From an uncultured Acidimicrobiaceae bacterium (GTDB lineage Bacteria; Actinomycetota; Acidimicrobiia; Spongiisociales; UBA5794), in the NCBI GenBank assembly GCA_964387145.1, contig CAYLVM010000002.1, positions 31,763 to 95,762 on the forward strand: a stretch of 64,000 nt of DNA. Reading direction: 5' to 3'. The notes beneath the pieces were generated by a model, which saw only the letters and a program-made list of their open reading frames with translations, was not told where the DNA came from and made no database searches. The position numbers were made by a program, and so were the translations under genes. Position 1 is the first letter of the stretch. Every line of letters starts with the position of its first letter. Of this stretch, positions 21,400-31,154 are shown one piece after another.

Positions 21400-22802
21400 T
21401 GGTGATTCCCGATCGCCTTCGCGCCGTTCTCACCGACGACGTCGTTGCTCTGTCCCGGCTCTTCGAGGCCGAGGGTCACGACCTGTTCCTCGTCGGAGGA
21501 TCGGTTCGAGACGCCTTACTCGGACGGGAGATCGCAGACCTCGACTTCACGACGGACACCCACCCGGACGAGATCGAGCGGATCGCAGGGCCCTGGGCAG
21601 ACTCCATGTACCTGGCAGGCAAGGAGTTCGGCACGATCGGTTTGGTTCACTCAGGTGAGACGTATGAGGTCACCACGCTGCGTTCGGAGATCTACCGGGA
21701 CGACTCGCGCAAGCCCGTCGTCACGTTCAGTGACAGCATCGACGAGGACCTGTCTCGGCGTGATTTCACGGTCAACTCCATGGCGCTGAAAGTTCCGACC
21801 ACACGAGATGCCACTCCCGAGATGATCGATCCGTACGGGGGCCTCATCGACCTCGCGGGCCAACGCCTGCGCACACCACTCGATGCACACGTGTCGTTCG
21901 GTGACGACCCATTGCGGATGCTTCGGCTCTTCAGGTTCATGTCGACCATCGGGTTCATCCCCGACGAGGGCGCCATCGACGCCGTTGTCGAGATGAAGGA
22001 ACGTCTTGGGATCATCTCGGCGGAGCGGATCAGGGCGGAGCTCGACAAGCTCCTCACCGGTGAGCATGTGGTCGTTGCACTCACTGCGTTGGTCGAATCC
22101 GGTCTTGCCAATGAGTTCATCCCCGAACTTCCCGCGCTCGCCGTGGAACAAGACCCCCTGCACAAGCACAAGGACGTTCTTGCGCACACGATCGCGGTCG
22201 TGGGGAGCACGAATCCCCGGTTGCGCCTGCGTCTTGCTGCGCTCCTCCACGATATTGGAAAGCCTGAGACGAGGGAGTTCGGTGCGGGTGGTGTCTCGTT
22301 CCACCATCACGAGGTCGTCGGTGCCAGGATGGCCAGGAAGCGGATGAAGCAGTTGCGCTACCCGAAGGACCTCACCGAGGAGGTGTCCCAACTCGTGTTC
22401 CTCCACATGCGGCCCCACACATACAAGATGGGATGGACCGACTCGGCAGTGCGACGCTACGTTCGCGATGCAGGACCGCTGCTCGAAGATCTCAATGAAC
22501 TCGTTCGCTGTGACGTGACGACTCGCAACAAGCGTCGGGCCCGCACCATCTCGAACCGCATCGATGATCTCGAGGAGAGGATCGCCGACCTGTCAGAACG
22601 CGAGGAACTCGACAGGCTCCGGCCGCCGATCGACGGTAACGACGTCATGGAGTACCTCGGTCTTTCACCCTCGCGTGAGGTGGGGACCATCATGAGGATG
22701 CTGCTCGAGAAGCGCATCGAGGACGGCCCATACTCACAGGAGGATGCATACGCCTTCCTCGACGAGTGGCGAGAGGCCAGACGTTCGTCGGTCGCCGACT
22801 GA
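21399..22802 (+). CDS. cca: CCA tRNA nucleotidyltransferase (class II, HD domain)
   Basis: LVGGSVRDALLGR...DLDFTT head motif; HD domain LLHDIGKP. Confidence 0.85.
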   Translation: MVIPDRLRAVLTDDVVALSRLFEAEGHDLFLVGGSVRDALLGREIADLDFTTDTHPDEIERIAGPWADSMYLAGKEFGTIGLVHSGETYEVTTLRSEIYRDDSRKPVVTFSDSIDEDLSRRDFTVNSMALKVPTTRDATPEMIDPYGGLIDLAGQRLRTPLDAHVSFGDDPLRMLRLFRFMSTIGFIPDEGAIDAVVEMKERLGIISAERIRAELDKLLTGEHVVVALTALVESGLANEFIPELPALAVEQDPLHKHKDVLAHTIAVVGSTNPRLRLRLAALLHDIGKPETREFGAGGVSFHHHEVVGARMARKRMKQLRYPKDLTEEVSQLVFLHMRPHTYKMGWTDSAVRRYVRDAGPLLEDLNELVRCDVTTRNKRRARTISNRIDDLEERIADLSEREELDRLRPPIDGNDVMEYLGLSPSREVGTIMRMLLEKRIEDGPYSQEDAYAFLDEWREARRSSVAD

Positions 22803-22827
22803 CACCCTACTTCGATCACAAGAAGTC

Positions 22828-22856
22828 AACGCATATATAAACGTATATGCGTATAC
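22828..22856. promoter_or_regulatory. Candidate ARG box / ArgR operator upstream of argC
   Basis: AT-rich inverted repeat CGCATATA-N6-TATATGCG within AACGCATATATAAACGTATATGCGTATAC, 25 bp upstream of the argC start, in an otherwise 65% GC genome. Confidence 0.45.
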
Positions 22857-22878
22857 TCTTGCCTTCTGGAGGCGAGAG

Positions 22879-23907
22879 ATGTACACAACAGCAGTGCTCG
22901 GGGCGTCGGGGTACGCAGGCGGTGAGCTCATTCGGTTCATCGACGGTCACCCGGGCTTCGAGATATCGTTCCTCGGGGCTCACTCGAGAGCAGGCGAACG
23001 CCTCGGATCGGTGCATCCACACCTGACGGGCGGGGACCGAATGCTCGAGACGTTCGACGCCGATCGTGTCGCGTCGCTCGACGCCGTGTTCATGGCGCTG
23101 CCCCACGGGGCCTCGGGTGCCCCAGCAATGGAACTCGCAGGTGCCAACGCCAGGATCATCGACCTCGGGAGTGATTTCCGTCTCGACACACCCCAGCGAT
23201 ACCTCGATGCGTACGGCGTGGACCACCCGTACCCGGATCAACTCGGTGCATGGCCCTACGGCATCCCCGAACTGTTTGGCGACGAGATCGCTTCGGCCGA
23301 CCGGGTCGCAGCTCCCGGCTGTTATCCGACGTCGGTCGTGATACCCCTTGCACCACTCCTCGAAGCAGGGCTCATCGAGCCGACGGGGATCATTGCAGAC
23401 TCGATGAGTGGCGCATCGGGCGCAGGACGCGGGGGCGGCGATACATTGCAGTTCGGTGCGATCGACGAGTCCGTCGCTGCATACAAGGTGTTCACCCATC
23501 GACATCGGCCCGAGATGGAACGGGCTCTCGAACCGATCGCAGGATCTGGCGTCTCTATCGTGTTCACGCCTCATCTCGTCCCGATGCAGCGCGGGATCCT
23601 GTCGACCATCTACGCAACACCGACCCGGGGGACGACGGTCGACGACGTGCACGGTGCGTTCGACGACATGTACCACGATGCCGGCTTCGTGCAGAGAGTC
23701 GACGCGCCTCCCCACACCCGTTGGGTCGTCGGATCCAACAACCTCCTTGCGTCGTTCCATCTCGACGAAGAGAGCAACACGCTCGTTGCACTGTCGGCGA
23801 TCGACAACCTCGTGAAGGGGGCGGCGGGCCAGGCCGTGCAGTGCGCCAACATCATGTTCGGACTCGACGAGATGCTCGGGCTCCCGAGAGAGGGGTGGAT
23901 GCCGTGA
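22879..23907 (+). CDS. argC: N-acetyl-gamma-glutamyl-phosphate reductase
   Basis: Start MYTTAVLGASGYAGGELIR; catalytic Cys in PGCYPTS. Confidence 0.9.
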   Translation: MYTTAVLGASGYAGGELIRFIDGHPGFEISFLGAHSRAGERLGSVHPHLTGGDRMLETFDADRVASLDAVFMALPHGASGAPAMELAGANARIIDLGSDFRLDTPQRYLDAYGVDHPYPDQLGAWPYGIPELFGDEIASADRVAAPGCYPTSVVIPLAPLLEAGLIEPTGIIADSMSGASGAGRGGGDTLQFGAIDESVAAYKVFTHRHRPEMERALEPIAGSGVSIVFTPHLVPMQRGILSTIYATPTRGTTVDDVHGAFDDMYHDAGFVQRVDAPPHTRWVVGSNNLLASFHLDEESNTLVALSAIDNLVKGAAGQAVQCANIMFGLDEMLGLPREGWMP

Positions 23908-24809
23908 ACACGGGACACACGACGCCGACTCCTGCCAAGCCGCGGATCGCATCGACGATGGGCAAGGCAGCGATCTTCTCTGAGGCGCTTCCCTTCATTC
24001 GACGGTTCCGGGGCACGACGATCGTCATCAAATACGGCGGTTCGGCAATGGTCGACGACGACATCCGCGAGACCTTTGCGGACGACGTCGCGATGCTCCA
24101 CTACGTGGGGATCAACCCGATCATCGTCCATGGCGGTGGCCCACAGATCTCAAGGGCCATGGGCCAGCGCGGTATCGAACCTCAGTTCTTCGAGGGACTT
24201 CGAGTCACCGATGAGGAGACGATCCGTGTCGTGCAGTCGACGCTCGTCGGGGAGATCAACCCCGACATCGTGCGGCTCGTCAACAATCATGGGTCGGTGG
24301 CGGCGGGGGTTTCGGGTCTCGATGCGAACCTGTTCGAAGCGGAACCGTACGACGAGCGACTCGGCTTCGTCGGGAGGGTGACCGCAGTCAACACCAGGAT
24401 CGTCGAGAGCATGCAAGCGAACGGGTACGTGCCGATCATCGCCCCGATCGCCAGAGGGAACGACGGCAAGACGTACAACTTGAACGCCGACACCGCAGCC
24501 GGGGAGCTCGCCTCTGCCCTCGGGGCATCCAAACTCGTTTTCCTGACGGACGTCGAGGGGCTCTACCGGGACCTCGGTGACCAGAACAGCCTGATCTCGA
24601 AGATCTCGTCGAAGGAACTCGTCGAACTCCTCGACTCCGGCTCGGTCTCGGCAGGGATGCTGCCCAAGCTCCGTGCCTGTGTGACGGCCGTCGACGGAGG
24701 TGTCGGACAGGCGCATATCCTCGATGGCCGAATCCAGCACTCGCTTCTCCTCGAGGTCTTCACGCCGGAGGGCATCGGGACGATGATCACCCGCGGGACG
24801 ACATCGTGA
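23904..24809 (+). CDS. argB: Acetylglutamate kinase
   Basis: VIKYGGSAM; amino-acid kinase fold; GTG at 23904 overlaps the argC stop (alternative ATG at 23958). Confidence 0.9.
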   Translation: MNTGHTTPTPAKPRIASTMGKAAIFSEALPFIRRFRGTTIVIKYGGSAMVDDDIRETFADDVAMLHYVGINPIIVHGGGPQISRAMGQRGIEPQFFEGLRVTDEETIRVVQSTLVGEINPDIVRLVNNHGSVAAGVSGLDANLFEAEPYDERLGFVGRVTAVNTRIVESMQANGYVPIIAPIARGNDGKTYNLNADTAAGELASALGASKLVFLTDVEGLYRDLGDQNSLISKISSKELVELLDSGSVSAGMLPKLRACVTAVDGGVGQAHILDGRIQHSLLLEVFTPEGIGTMITRGTTS

Positions 24810-25264
24810 GAGCCACAACCGAAGCACGGAGACGACTGATGAGATCCTTACTCGAAGGATCCGACGTCTCGAGTCAGGCCGAGCTCCGAGATGCGCTTGC
24901 GACTCAGGGTTTCGAGGTGACCCAGGCGACCGTGTCGCGTGACCTCGATGCGATCGGCGCGGTGCGGATCAAGGCCAAAGGAACCGTCACCTACCGGATC
25001 GGAGCCGGGGACGTTGCCCCCGAACGGATAGCCCTGTTCCAGGCAGTGGACGAGTTCGTCGAGTCGGTGGCGACGTCCGGCAACATCGTGATCCTCAAGG
25101 TGCCGCCGGGAGCAGCCCAGTTCGTTGCGAGCAGGATCGATGCTGCCGGCGTCGAAGGCGTCCTGGGAACGATTGCAGGGGACGACACCATCATGGTGAT
25201 CGCCGATGAAGCCGCGGGTGCAGAAGAAGTTTCGAAACGTGTACAGGGAACGGAGCGTTCATGA
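24806..25264 (+). CDS. argR: Arginine repressor
   Basis: 152 aa; winged HTH, then ArgR C-terminal domain ([12 protein letters not shown]). Confidence 0.85.
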   Translation: MRATTEARRRLMRSLLEGSDVSSQAELRDALATQGFEVTQATVSRDLDAIGAVRIKAKGTVTYRIGAGDVAPERIALFQAVDEFVESVATSGNIVILKVPPGAAQFVASRIDAAGVEGVLGTIAGDDTIMVIADEAAGAEEVSKRVQGTERS

Positions 25265-26478
25265 GTAAGGACATCAAGAAGGTCGTGCTGGCATACAGCG
25301 GCGGGCTCGACACGTCGGTCATCCTCCGCTGGATCATCGAGGAGTACGGGGCGGAGGTCGTTGCGTACACCGCCGACGTCGGCCAGGGAGAGGAGACAGA
25401 AGAGGCGCGGGTCAAAGCGCTCGAGACGGGTGCCGTCGAGGCGATCTGTGAGGATCTTCGCGAGGAGTTCGTCGAGGAGTATGTGTTCCCGGCCTTCCGG
25501 GCGTCGTCTCTGTACGAGGGGTACTACCTGATGGGGACCTCGCTCGCGCGTCCGGTGATCTCAAAGGGTCTCGTTCGGGCGGCCATCGAAACGGGCGCCG
25601 ATGCGATCGCCCATGGTGCGACGGGCAAGGGGAACGATCAGGTCCGGTTCGAGCTTTCGGCGTACGCCCTCAAGCCAGACATCAAGGTCATCGCTCCGTG
25701 GAGGGAGTGGGATCTCAAGGGAAGGGCAGACTGCGTTGCCTACGCAGAGAAGTACGACATCCCGATATCGGTGACCCCGGACAGGCCGTACTCGATGGAT
25801 GCCAATCTCCTGCACATCTCCTACGAGGGTGGCGTCCTCGAGGACCCGTGGATCGGCCCATCGGCGGACATGTTCAAGATGACGACGGATCCCATAGATG
25901 CACCCGATGAGCCCGAGATCATCACCATCGGGTACGAGGCGGGCGATCCTGTCTCGATCAACGGAGAGCGACTTGCTCCCGTCGATCTGCTGACGAAGCT
26001 GAACCAGATTGGTGGTAAACACGGCGTGGGTCGGGTCGACATCGTCGAGAACCGGTTCGTGGGGATGAAGAGCCGCGGTGTGTACGAGACACCCGGTGGG
26101 ACGATCCTCTATCACGCCCACCGGGCAGTCGAGTCACTCACCCTCGACCGCGAGGTGGCACACCTGCGCGACGAGCTGTCGAACAAATACGCAGAGATGG
26201 TCTACAACGGGTTCTGGTTCGCACCCGAGCGTGAGGCCCTGCAACACTTCATGGATGATGTCCAGAAGCCGGTCACGGGTGAGGCACGCCTCAAGCTGTA
26301 CAAGGGTCAGGCCATCGTCGAGGGTCGTCGCTCAGACAGCCATGCACTCTACGATGAGGCGACGGTCACCTTCGAGGCTGACGATGTGTACGACCAGTCC
26401 GATGCTGAGGGCTTCATCCGCCTCCAGTCGCTCCGTCTCCGTACCTTTGCAGAGAAGCGTCTCGGTGGAGGGGAGTGA
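25261..26478 (+). CDS. argG: Argininosuccinate synthase
   Basis: 405 aa; [11 protein letters not shown]-loop. Confidence 0.95.
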   Translation: MSKDIKKVVLAYSGGLDTSVILRWIIEEYGAEVVAYTADVGQGEETEEARVKALETGAVEAICEDLREEFVEEYVFPAFRASSLYEGYYLMGTSLARPVISKGLVRAAIETGADAIAHGATGKGNDQVRFELSAYALKPDIKVIAPWREWDLKGRADCVAYAEKYDIPISVTPDRPYSMDANLLHISYEGGVLEDPWIGPSADMFKMTTDPIDAPDEPEIITIGYEAGDPVSINGERLAPVDLLTKLNQIGGKHGVGRVDIVENRFVGMKSRGVYETPGGTILYHAHRAVESLTLDREVAHLRDELSNKYAEMVYNGFWFAPEREALQHFMDDVQKPVTGEARLKLYKGQAIVEGRRSDSHALYDEATVTFEADDVYDQSDAEGFIRLQSLRLRTFAEKRLGGGE

Positions 26479-26484
26479 GGAAGA

Positions 26485-26623
26485 GGTATCTGGTACTTGG
26501 TACTTGGTATCTGGTACTTGGCATTTCGTATCGAAGAGGGAACGGATGAGTTCATGACAGAACGTCGAGATCACCCGCTATATGTGTGCGCGCTCCAAGT
26601 ACCAAGTACCGAGTACCGAGTAC
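26485..26623. repeat. Inverted pair of tandem heptamer arrays (GGTACTT/GGTATCT x5 ... CCAAGTA/CCGAGTA x4) in the argG-argH intergenic region
   Basis: 26485-26522 GGTATCTGGTACTTGGTACTTGGTATCTGGTACTTGG and 26595-26623 CCAAGTACCAAGTACCGAGTACCGAGTAC are reverse complements of each other; predicted long hairpin with a ~72-nt loop. Confidence 0.6.
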
Positions 26624-26645
26624 AGCGAGCAACGCGAGCACTGCA

Positions 26646-28022
26646 ATGACCCTGTGGTCGGGAGGTCGCTTCGATGAAGGGCCGGCAGAAGCGCTCTGGC
26701 GGTTCACCGTCGATACGTCCGACCGCCGCATGCTCGGTGTTGACGTTCGCGGATCCCTGGCTCACGTCGCGATGCTCGGAGACGTCGGGTTGCTCGCTGG
26801 TGGAGAAGTCGAGGCGATCACCGAGGGTCTCGAGACCGTCGCGGGCGAGGCTGCAGGCGGATCGTTCGCCTTCCTCGATTCGGACGAGGACGTGCACAGC
26901 GCAGTCGAGCGCAGGCTCGGAGAGCTGATCGGCGATCTAGCAGGCAAGCTTCATACGGGACGGTCACGAAACGATCAGGTCGCGCTCGACCTGCGGCTCT
27001 ACCTGCTCGATGCGGTGGATGCGAGGTTGATCCAGATCGACAACCTGATCCGTGTCCTCATCGGGCAGGCCAAGGACGTCGGCGATGTCGTCGTTCCGAG
27101 CTACACCCACGTTCAACAGGCCCAGGCGGTCCCCCTCGCGCACCATCTCCTCGCGTATGCATGGATGCTGGTGCGCGATGCAGGCCGCTTCAGGGACGCC
27201 AGGGGGCGTATCGATGTGAGTCCGCTCGGCGCTGGAGCATCGGGAGGGTCGTCTCTCCCCCTCGACCCTGAGGCATCGGCCCGCCATCTCGAGATGAGCG
27301 CTGTCTTTGCGAACTCGATGGACGCGGTTGGTTCACGGGACTTCGCCGCGGAGTACGTCTGGTGCACGACCCAGACGATGGTCCATCTGTCTCGCTTCGC
27401 AGAGGAGCTGATCTTGTGGTGTACGAGCGAGTTCGGATGGGTCACCTTCTCGGACGCGTACACGACGGGATCGTCGGCGATGCCACACAAGAAGAACCCA
27501 GACATCGCCGAGCTCGTTCGGGGTAAGGCGTCGACGGTCATAGGTGACCTGACCGCGATCATGTCGATGCAGAAGGGTCTTCCCATGACGTACAACCGTG
27601 ATCTTCAGGAGGACAAGCGGTCGGTGTTCCACGCCGACGACACGCTCTCGGGAGCACTCGCAGCTCTTGCTGGGATGGTCGCTACGGCGAAGTTCCATCC
27701 GCCGGCTCCGTCTGCGTGGGTCACGGCGCTCGATCTCGCAGAGGTCCTCGTGGAGCGGGGGGTTCCCTTCCGGGAGGCTCACCACATCGTCGGCCGTCTC
27801 GTGTCGACGCTGGTCGCCACAGAGAGAAGTATCACCGATCTCACCGGCGTTGAACTCGTAGAGTTCGATGAGCGTTTCCTGTCCGCCGATGTTGAACGCC
27901 TCGACCCTGTTGGCTCGGTTGCCTATCGCAGGACTGCCGGCGGAGGGTCGATGGAGTCGGTTGTCGCACAGATATCCGACCTCGAGCGACTCCTTGTGCA
28001 GACGTCTGGATCGACTTCCTAG
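26646..28022 (+). CDS. argH: Argininosuccinate lyase
   Basis: Start MTLWSGGRF; fumarate lyase signature GSSAMPHKKNPD. Confidence 0.92.
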   Translation: MTLWSGGRFDEGPAEALWRFTVDTSDRRMLGVDVRGSLAHVAMLGDVGLLAGGEVEAITEGLETVAGEAAGGSFAFLDSDEDVHSAVERRLGELIGDLAGKLHTGRSRNDQVALDLRLYLLDAVDARLIQIDNLIRVLIGQAKDVGDVVVPSYTHVQQAQAVPLAHHLLAYAWMLVRDAGRFRDARGRIDVSPLGAGASGGSSLPLDPEASARHLEMSAVFANSMDAVGSRDFAAEYVWCTTQTMVHLSRFAEELILWCTSEFGWVTFSDAYTTGSSAMPHKKNPDIAELVRGKASTVIGDLTAIMSMQKGLPMTYNRDLQEDKRSVFHADDTLSGALAALAGMVATAKFHPPAPSAWVTALDLAEVLVERGVPFREAHHIVGRLVSTLVATERSITDLTGVELVEFDERFLSADVERLDPVGSVAYRRTAGGGSMESVVAQISDLERLLVQTSGSTS

Positions 28023-28287
28023 TTTCCTCGGCGTCGGTCAGGCAGCCCTTGCCGGTTCCCGACCGAAACATGCAGCACATGCAGCGCCGTCACAGTGGGG
28101 GACCACGCTCACCTTGAGGCCTGCTGCGGAGAAGAACGTCTCTATAGCGACGTTGCTGAGTGTGGTCAGATCGGTTGGAGTTGGGTTGGGTACCAGTTGC
28201 ATCGTGTTCATACCTGTACCGTATCGAGGGGGTATGACAGGAACGGATGGTGGCGGACAGTGCGTGACCGAAAGCTACTCTTGAGGT

Positions 28288-28635
28288 ATGGAACTCAAGA
28301 GATACGCAGACGCTGTCCCCTTCGAGTTCGGCGACTTCGAGTTGAGAGAGTTGACGCCGTCGGTGTTCAAGCTCGCTTCGTTCGCTGAAGTCATCGTGCC
28401 GATCGGAGTGGAGCGTCCCGCACGAGAGTCCGGCAAGGACCACCGCATGTACGTCTGTCTGCAGGGCGACCTCGAGTTCACCGTCGAGGAGGAGACGTTC
28501 CGGGTCACCAAGGGCGATGTGCTTCACATCGACAAGGGCGAGACGTACGGATTCCACAACGGTGGGTACGAGGAGGGCAGGCTCCTGTTGTTGCGTGTTC
28601 CTGGACCGGTGTTGCCTGGGGCGGGACAGCCCTGA
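28288..28635 (+). CDS. Cupin domain protein
   Basis: 115 aa; cupin motifs (YVCLQGDLEF, GDVLHIDKGETYGF). Confidence 0.55.
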   Translation: MELKRYADAVPFEFGDFELRELTPSVFKLASFAEVIVPIGVERPARESGKDHRMYVCLQGDLEFTVEEETFRVTKGDVLHIDKGETYGFHNGGYEEGRLLLLRVPGPVLPGAGQP

Positions 28636-28646
28636 GAACCTGTCCG

Positions 28647-29375
28647 TTACGCTGAGAGTGGCAGAACGTAGCGCCAGACGACGATGAAGTGCAACGCGGT
28701 GGCGGTCACGACCATGATGTGGAACACCTCATGGTAGGAAAAGACCCTGGGCCACAGGCGTGGGCGGTTCGTGATCAACAGCACCATGCCGATCGAGTAG
28801 ATAGCACCACCGGCAAGTGCAAGGCCCGACGCGACCCATCCGAGTTCGGCAACGAACTTCCACGCGACAAAGATGCCGAGCCACCCCATCGAGATGGCCA
28901 GGATCATGGAAAATGTCTGCTCTTCGCGAGGGAAGAACGTGTGTTGGATGATGCCGACCCCGACGGTGCCCCATGCGATAGCGAGGACGATCCAGCGCAG
29001 GGAGCCGTCGAGCGTCGCGATGACTACCGGCGTGTAGGTCCCTGCGATGAGCACGAGGATCATCGAGTGGTCGAGTCGCTGCATGCGCTTCTTCCAGGCT
29101 TCACGCCACGGGATCGCGTGGTACAGGGAACTGGTCGTGTAGAGGGCGACCATCGCGAGTCCGAAGACGATGGCCCCGACCCGGATGCCCCAGTTCGGTG
29201 CCTGCCATGCAAGGAAGACGGTTCCGAAGACGGCGAGGATCGCTGCGGCACCGTGCAGGAAACCCCGGATGGGGTTCTGCATCTTGCCGAGGGACCATCG
29301 TTGCGCTTCCATGACACCTGAGCGTACCCGATACTTCGCCAACCACACATGTCGGTCGAACGCGGTGAGGATCAC
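28647..29375 (-). CDS. Hemolysin III / PAQR family channel protein
   Basis: 7-TM protein with HlyIII-like motifs (HGAAAIL, LYHA, DHSMILVLIAGTYTP, SYHEVFH). Confidence 0.8.
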   Translation of the reverse strand: MILTAFDRHVWLAKYRVRSGVMEAQRWSLGKMQNPIRGFLHGAAAILAVFGTVFLAWQAPNWGIRVGAIVFGLAMVALYTTSSLYHAIPWREAWKKRMQRLDHSMILVLIAGTYTPVVIATLDGSLRWIVLAIAWGTVGVGIIQHTFFPREEQTFSMILAISMGWLGIFVAWKFVAELGWVASGLALAGGAIYSIGMVLLITNRPRLWPRVFSYHEVFHIMVVTATALHFIVVWRYVLPLSA

Positions 29376-29455
29376 CGGTGGTGTTCGTTGCGTTGTCCTA
29401 GGCTACAAAGGCAAAGGGGGCGCTGGGCCCCTGTGTTGAAAGAACGGAGACAGGT

Positions 29456-30238
29456 GTGACGCTGAAACAGCGTGCACTCCGACCGCTATACCGCCTGTAC
29501 GAAGAGAGGCTGTCGTCACGACTCGACAGTGATCGACTGCCGAGCCACATCGGTGTCATCCACGATGGGCACCGCAGGTATGCCAGGCAAGAGGGCCTCC
29601 CCGACTACGAGGCGTCCTACAGGGTCGGTATGGACAAGTTCGTCGAGTTCCTCGAGTGGACCGCCGACCTCGAGATCGACACGGTGACGTGCTGGTTGTT
29701 GTCGACGGAGAACCTCGCGCGTCCTGCCGATGAGTTGCGGCCGTACTACACGGTGTTGATCGATCTCTTCAACCGCATCCCCGAGACACCTGCCGGGCAT
29801 GATGTCCGGGTGAAGTTCATCGGTTCGCTCGACCTCCTTCCCTCCGACCTCGTCGAAGCTGCGAAACGTCTGGAGGAGAGGTGTTCCGCTGGTTCGCGCC
29901 GCGTCACGATCGCCCTCGCCTACGGTGGCCGCCAGGAGATCGTCGACGCCGTCAAGGATCTTGTGAGCGACCTTGCGGGTCGCGGGATGAGCGCCGTCGA
30001 GATAGCCGACCACATCGACCGCGACGCCATGTCGGCACGCATGTACGCATCGGATCTCCCCGATCCCGACCTCGTTCTGCGTACCTCAGGTGAAGCCAGG
30101 CTCAGCGGCTTCATGCTCTGGCAGGCAGCGTATGCGGAGTACTCGTTCGTCGATGTCTACTGGCCTGCATTCCGCAGGGTCGACTTCCTGCGCGCCATGC
30201 GTGAGTACACCCACCGCGAACGCCGCTACGGCAAATAA
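29456..30238 (+). CDS. uppS: Isoprenyl (undecaprenyl/decaprenyl) diphosphate synthase, cis-IPPS family
   Basis: HIGVIHDGHRRYA...ENL... and LVLRTSGEARLSGFMLWQAAYAEYSF motifs. Confidence 0.85.
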   Translation: MTLKQRALRPLYRLYEERLSSRLDSDRLPSHIGVIHDGHRRYARQEGLPDYEASYRVGMDKFVEFLEWTADLEIDTVTCWLLSTENLARPADELRPYYTVLIDLFNRIPETPAGHDVRVKFIGSLDLLPSDLVEAAKRLEERCSAGSRRVTIALAYGGRQEIVDAVKDLVSDLAGRGMSAVEIADHIDRDAMSARMYASDLPDPDLVLRTSGEARLSGFMLWQAAYAEYSFVDVYWPAFRRVDFLRAMREYTHRERRYGK

Positions 30239-30245
30239 CCCAGGC

Positions 30246-30291
30246 GTCTGGCGCCGATACAGCCCGTATGTGAGCCGTTTCAGCGCCAGAG
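30246..30291. repeat. REP-like 46-bp palindromic element, copy 0 (variant)
   Basis: GTCTGGCGCCGATACAGCCCGTATGTGAGCCGTTTCAGCGCCAGAG between convergent uppS and a phosphatase gene. Confidence 0.7.
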
Positions 30292-30296
30292 TCCTG

Positions 30297-31025
30297 TCAG
30301 CGGCTGCGTTTGTCCATCGGGATGTGGTCCTGGTCGTTGAAGGTGCGCAGACTTGGGACGTGGGCACCGGCGAGCGGAATCATCTTCACCCTCGAGAACG
30401 ATGCATGGAACAGGACGAACTTCTCCCACTCCCATGGCGCTGGTGGGATGCCGAGAAGGTGGGTGAGGCACACCGAGTTGGTCCCTCCATGGGCGACGAT
30501 CACAAGACGCCCGGGGTCGCGCTCGACGTGCCAGAGACTCGAATCGTCGGGATCACGCACCATCCCCCGCTCGGCGAGGAGTGCATCGAGCGCCGTGGTC
30601 ACGCGGTCGTGGAAGTCGCGAAACGACTCTCCGCCGGCAAGACCGTCCCACCACTCATCGGGTGTCCGGTTCTTCGCGCTCTTGAAGATCTCGATGACAA
30701 CCTCTTCGGTCACCCCTTCCCAGTTGGGCATCTTGACCTCGACGAGGTTCTCGATCGTCGCGATCTCGAGCCCCGTCTTCTCGGCGATCGGGGCAGCGGT
30801 CTCCTGAGAGCGCAGCGCTGGCGAGACGATGAGTTCGGTGACGGGCTTGCGGTCCGTTGCGATCCGTTGGGCAGCGAACACAGCCTGTTCGTGTCCGAGC
30901 TCCGTGAGATGTGGGTTCGGCTGGGTGATGCCGTCGATGGCCCATTGGGGTTGGCCGTGCCTGACGAAAACGATGTCCATCGTCACGAGGTTACCCGTCC
31001 CGAGAGCCTCGATCGCTTCGGCCAT
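30297..31025 (-). CDS. Histidine phosphatase family (phosphoglycerate mutase-like) protein
   Basis: VFVRHGQ motif; alternative start at 30980 (MDIVFVRHGQ). Confidence 0.7.
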   Translation of the reverse strand: MAEAIEALGTGNLVTMDIVFVRHGQPQWAIDGITQPNPHLTELGHEQAVFAAQRIATDRKPVTELIVSPALRSQETAAPIAEKTGLEIATIENLVEVKMPNWEGVTEEVVIEIFKSAKNRTPDEWWDGLAGGESFRDFHDRVTTALDALLAERGMVRDPDDSSLWHVERDPGRLVIVAHGGTNSVCLTHLLGIPPAPWEWEKFVLFHASFSRVKMIPLAGAHVPSLRTFNDQDHIPMDKRSR

Positions 31026-31154
31026 CACGCACAGTCTCGTGCGATTGGGGTTCCGCAGTCTGGCACTAATGTTCTGTGTGCCCGGGCCAGTGTGTCCGGC
31101 CGGGCAGCTACAGGCTTGCCCGGTGAGTTGGATCCGACAACGAAGGAGCAACCG

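Noticed and set aside
28023-28287. Possible ncRNA or riboswitch between argH and the cupin gene
   Set aside because: No convincing conserved structure or known riboswitch motif could be recognised by eye; left unannotated.
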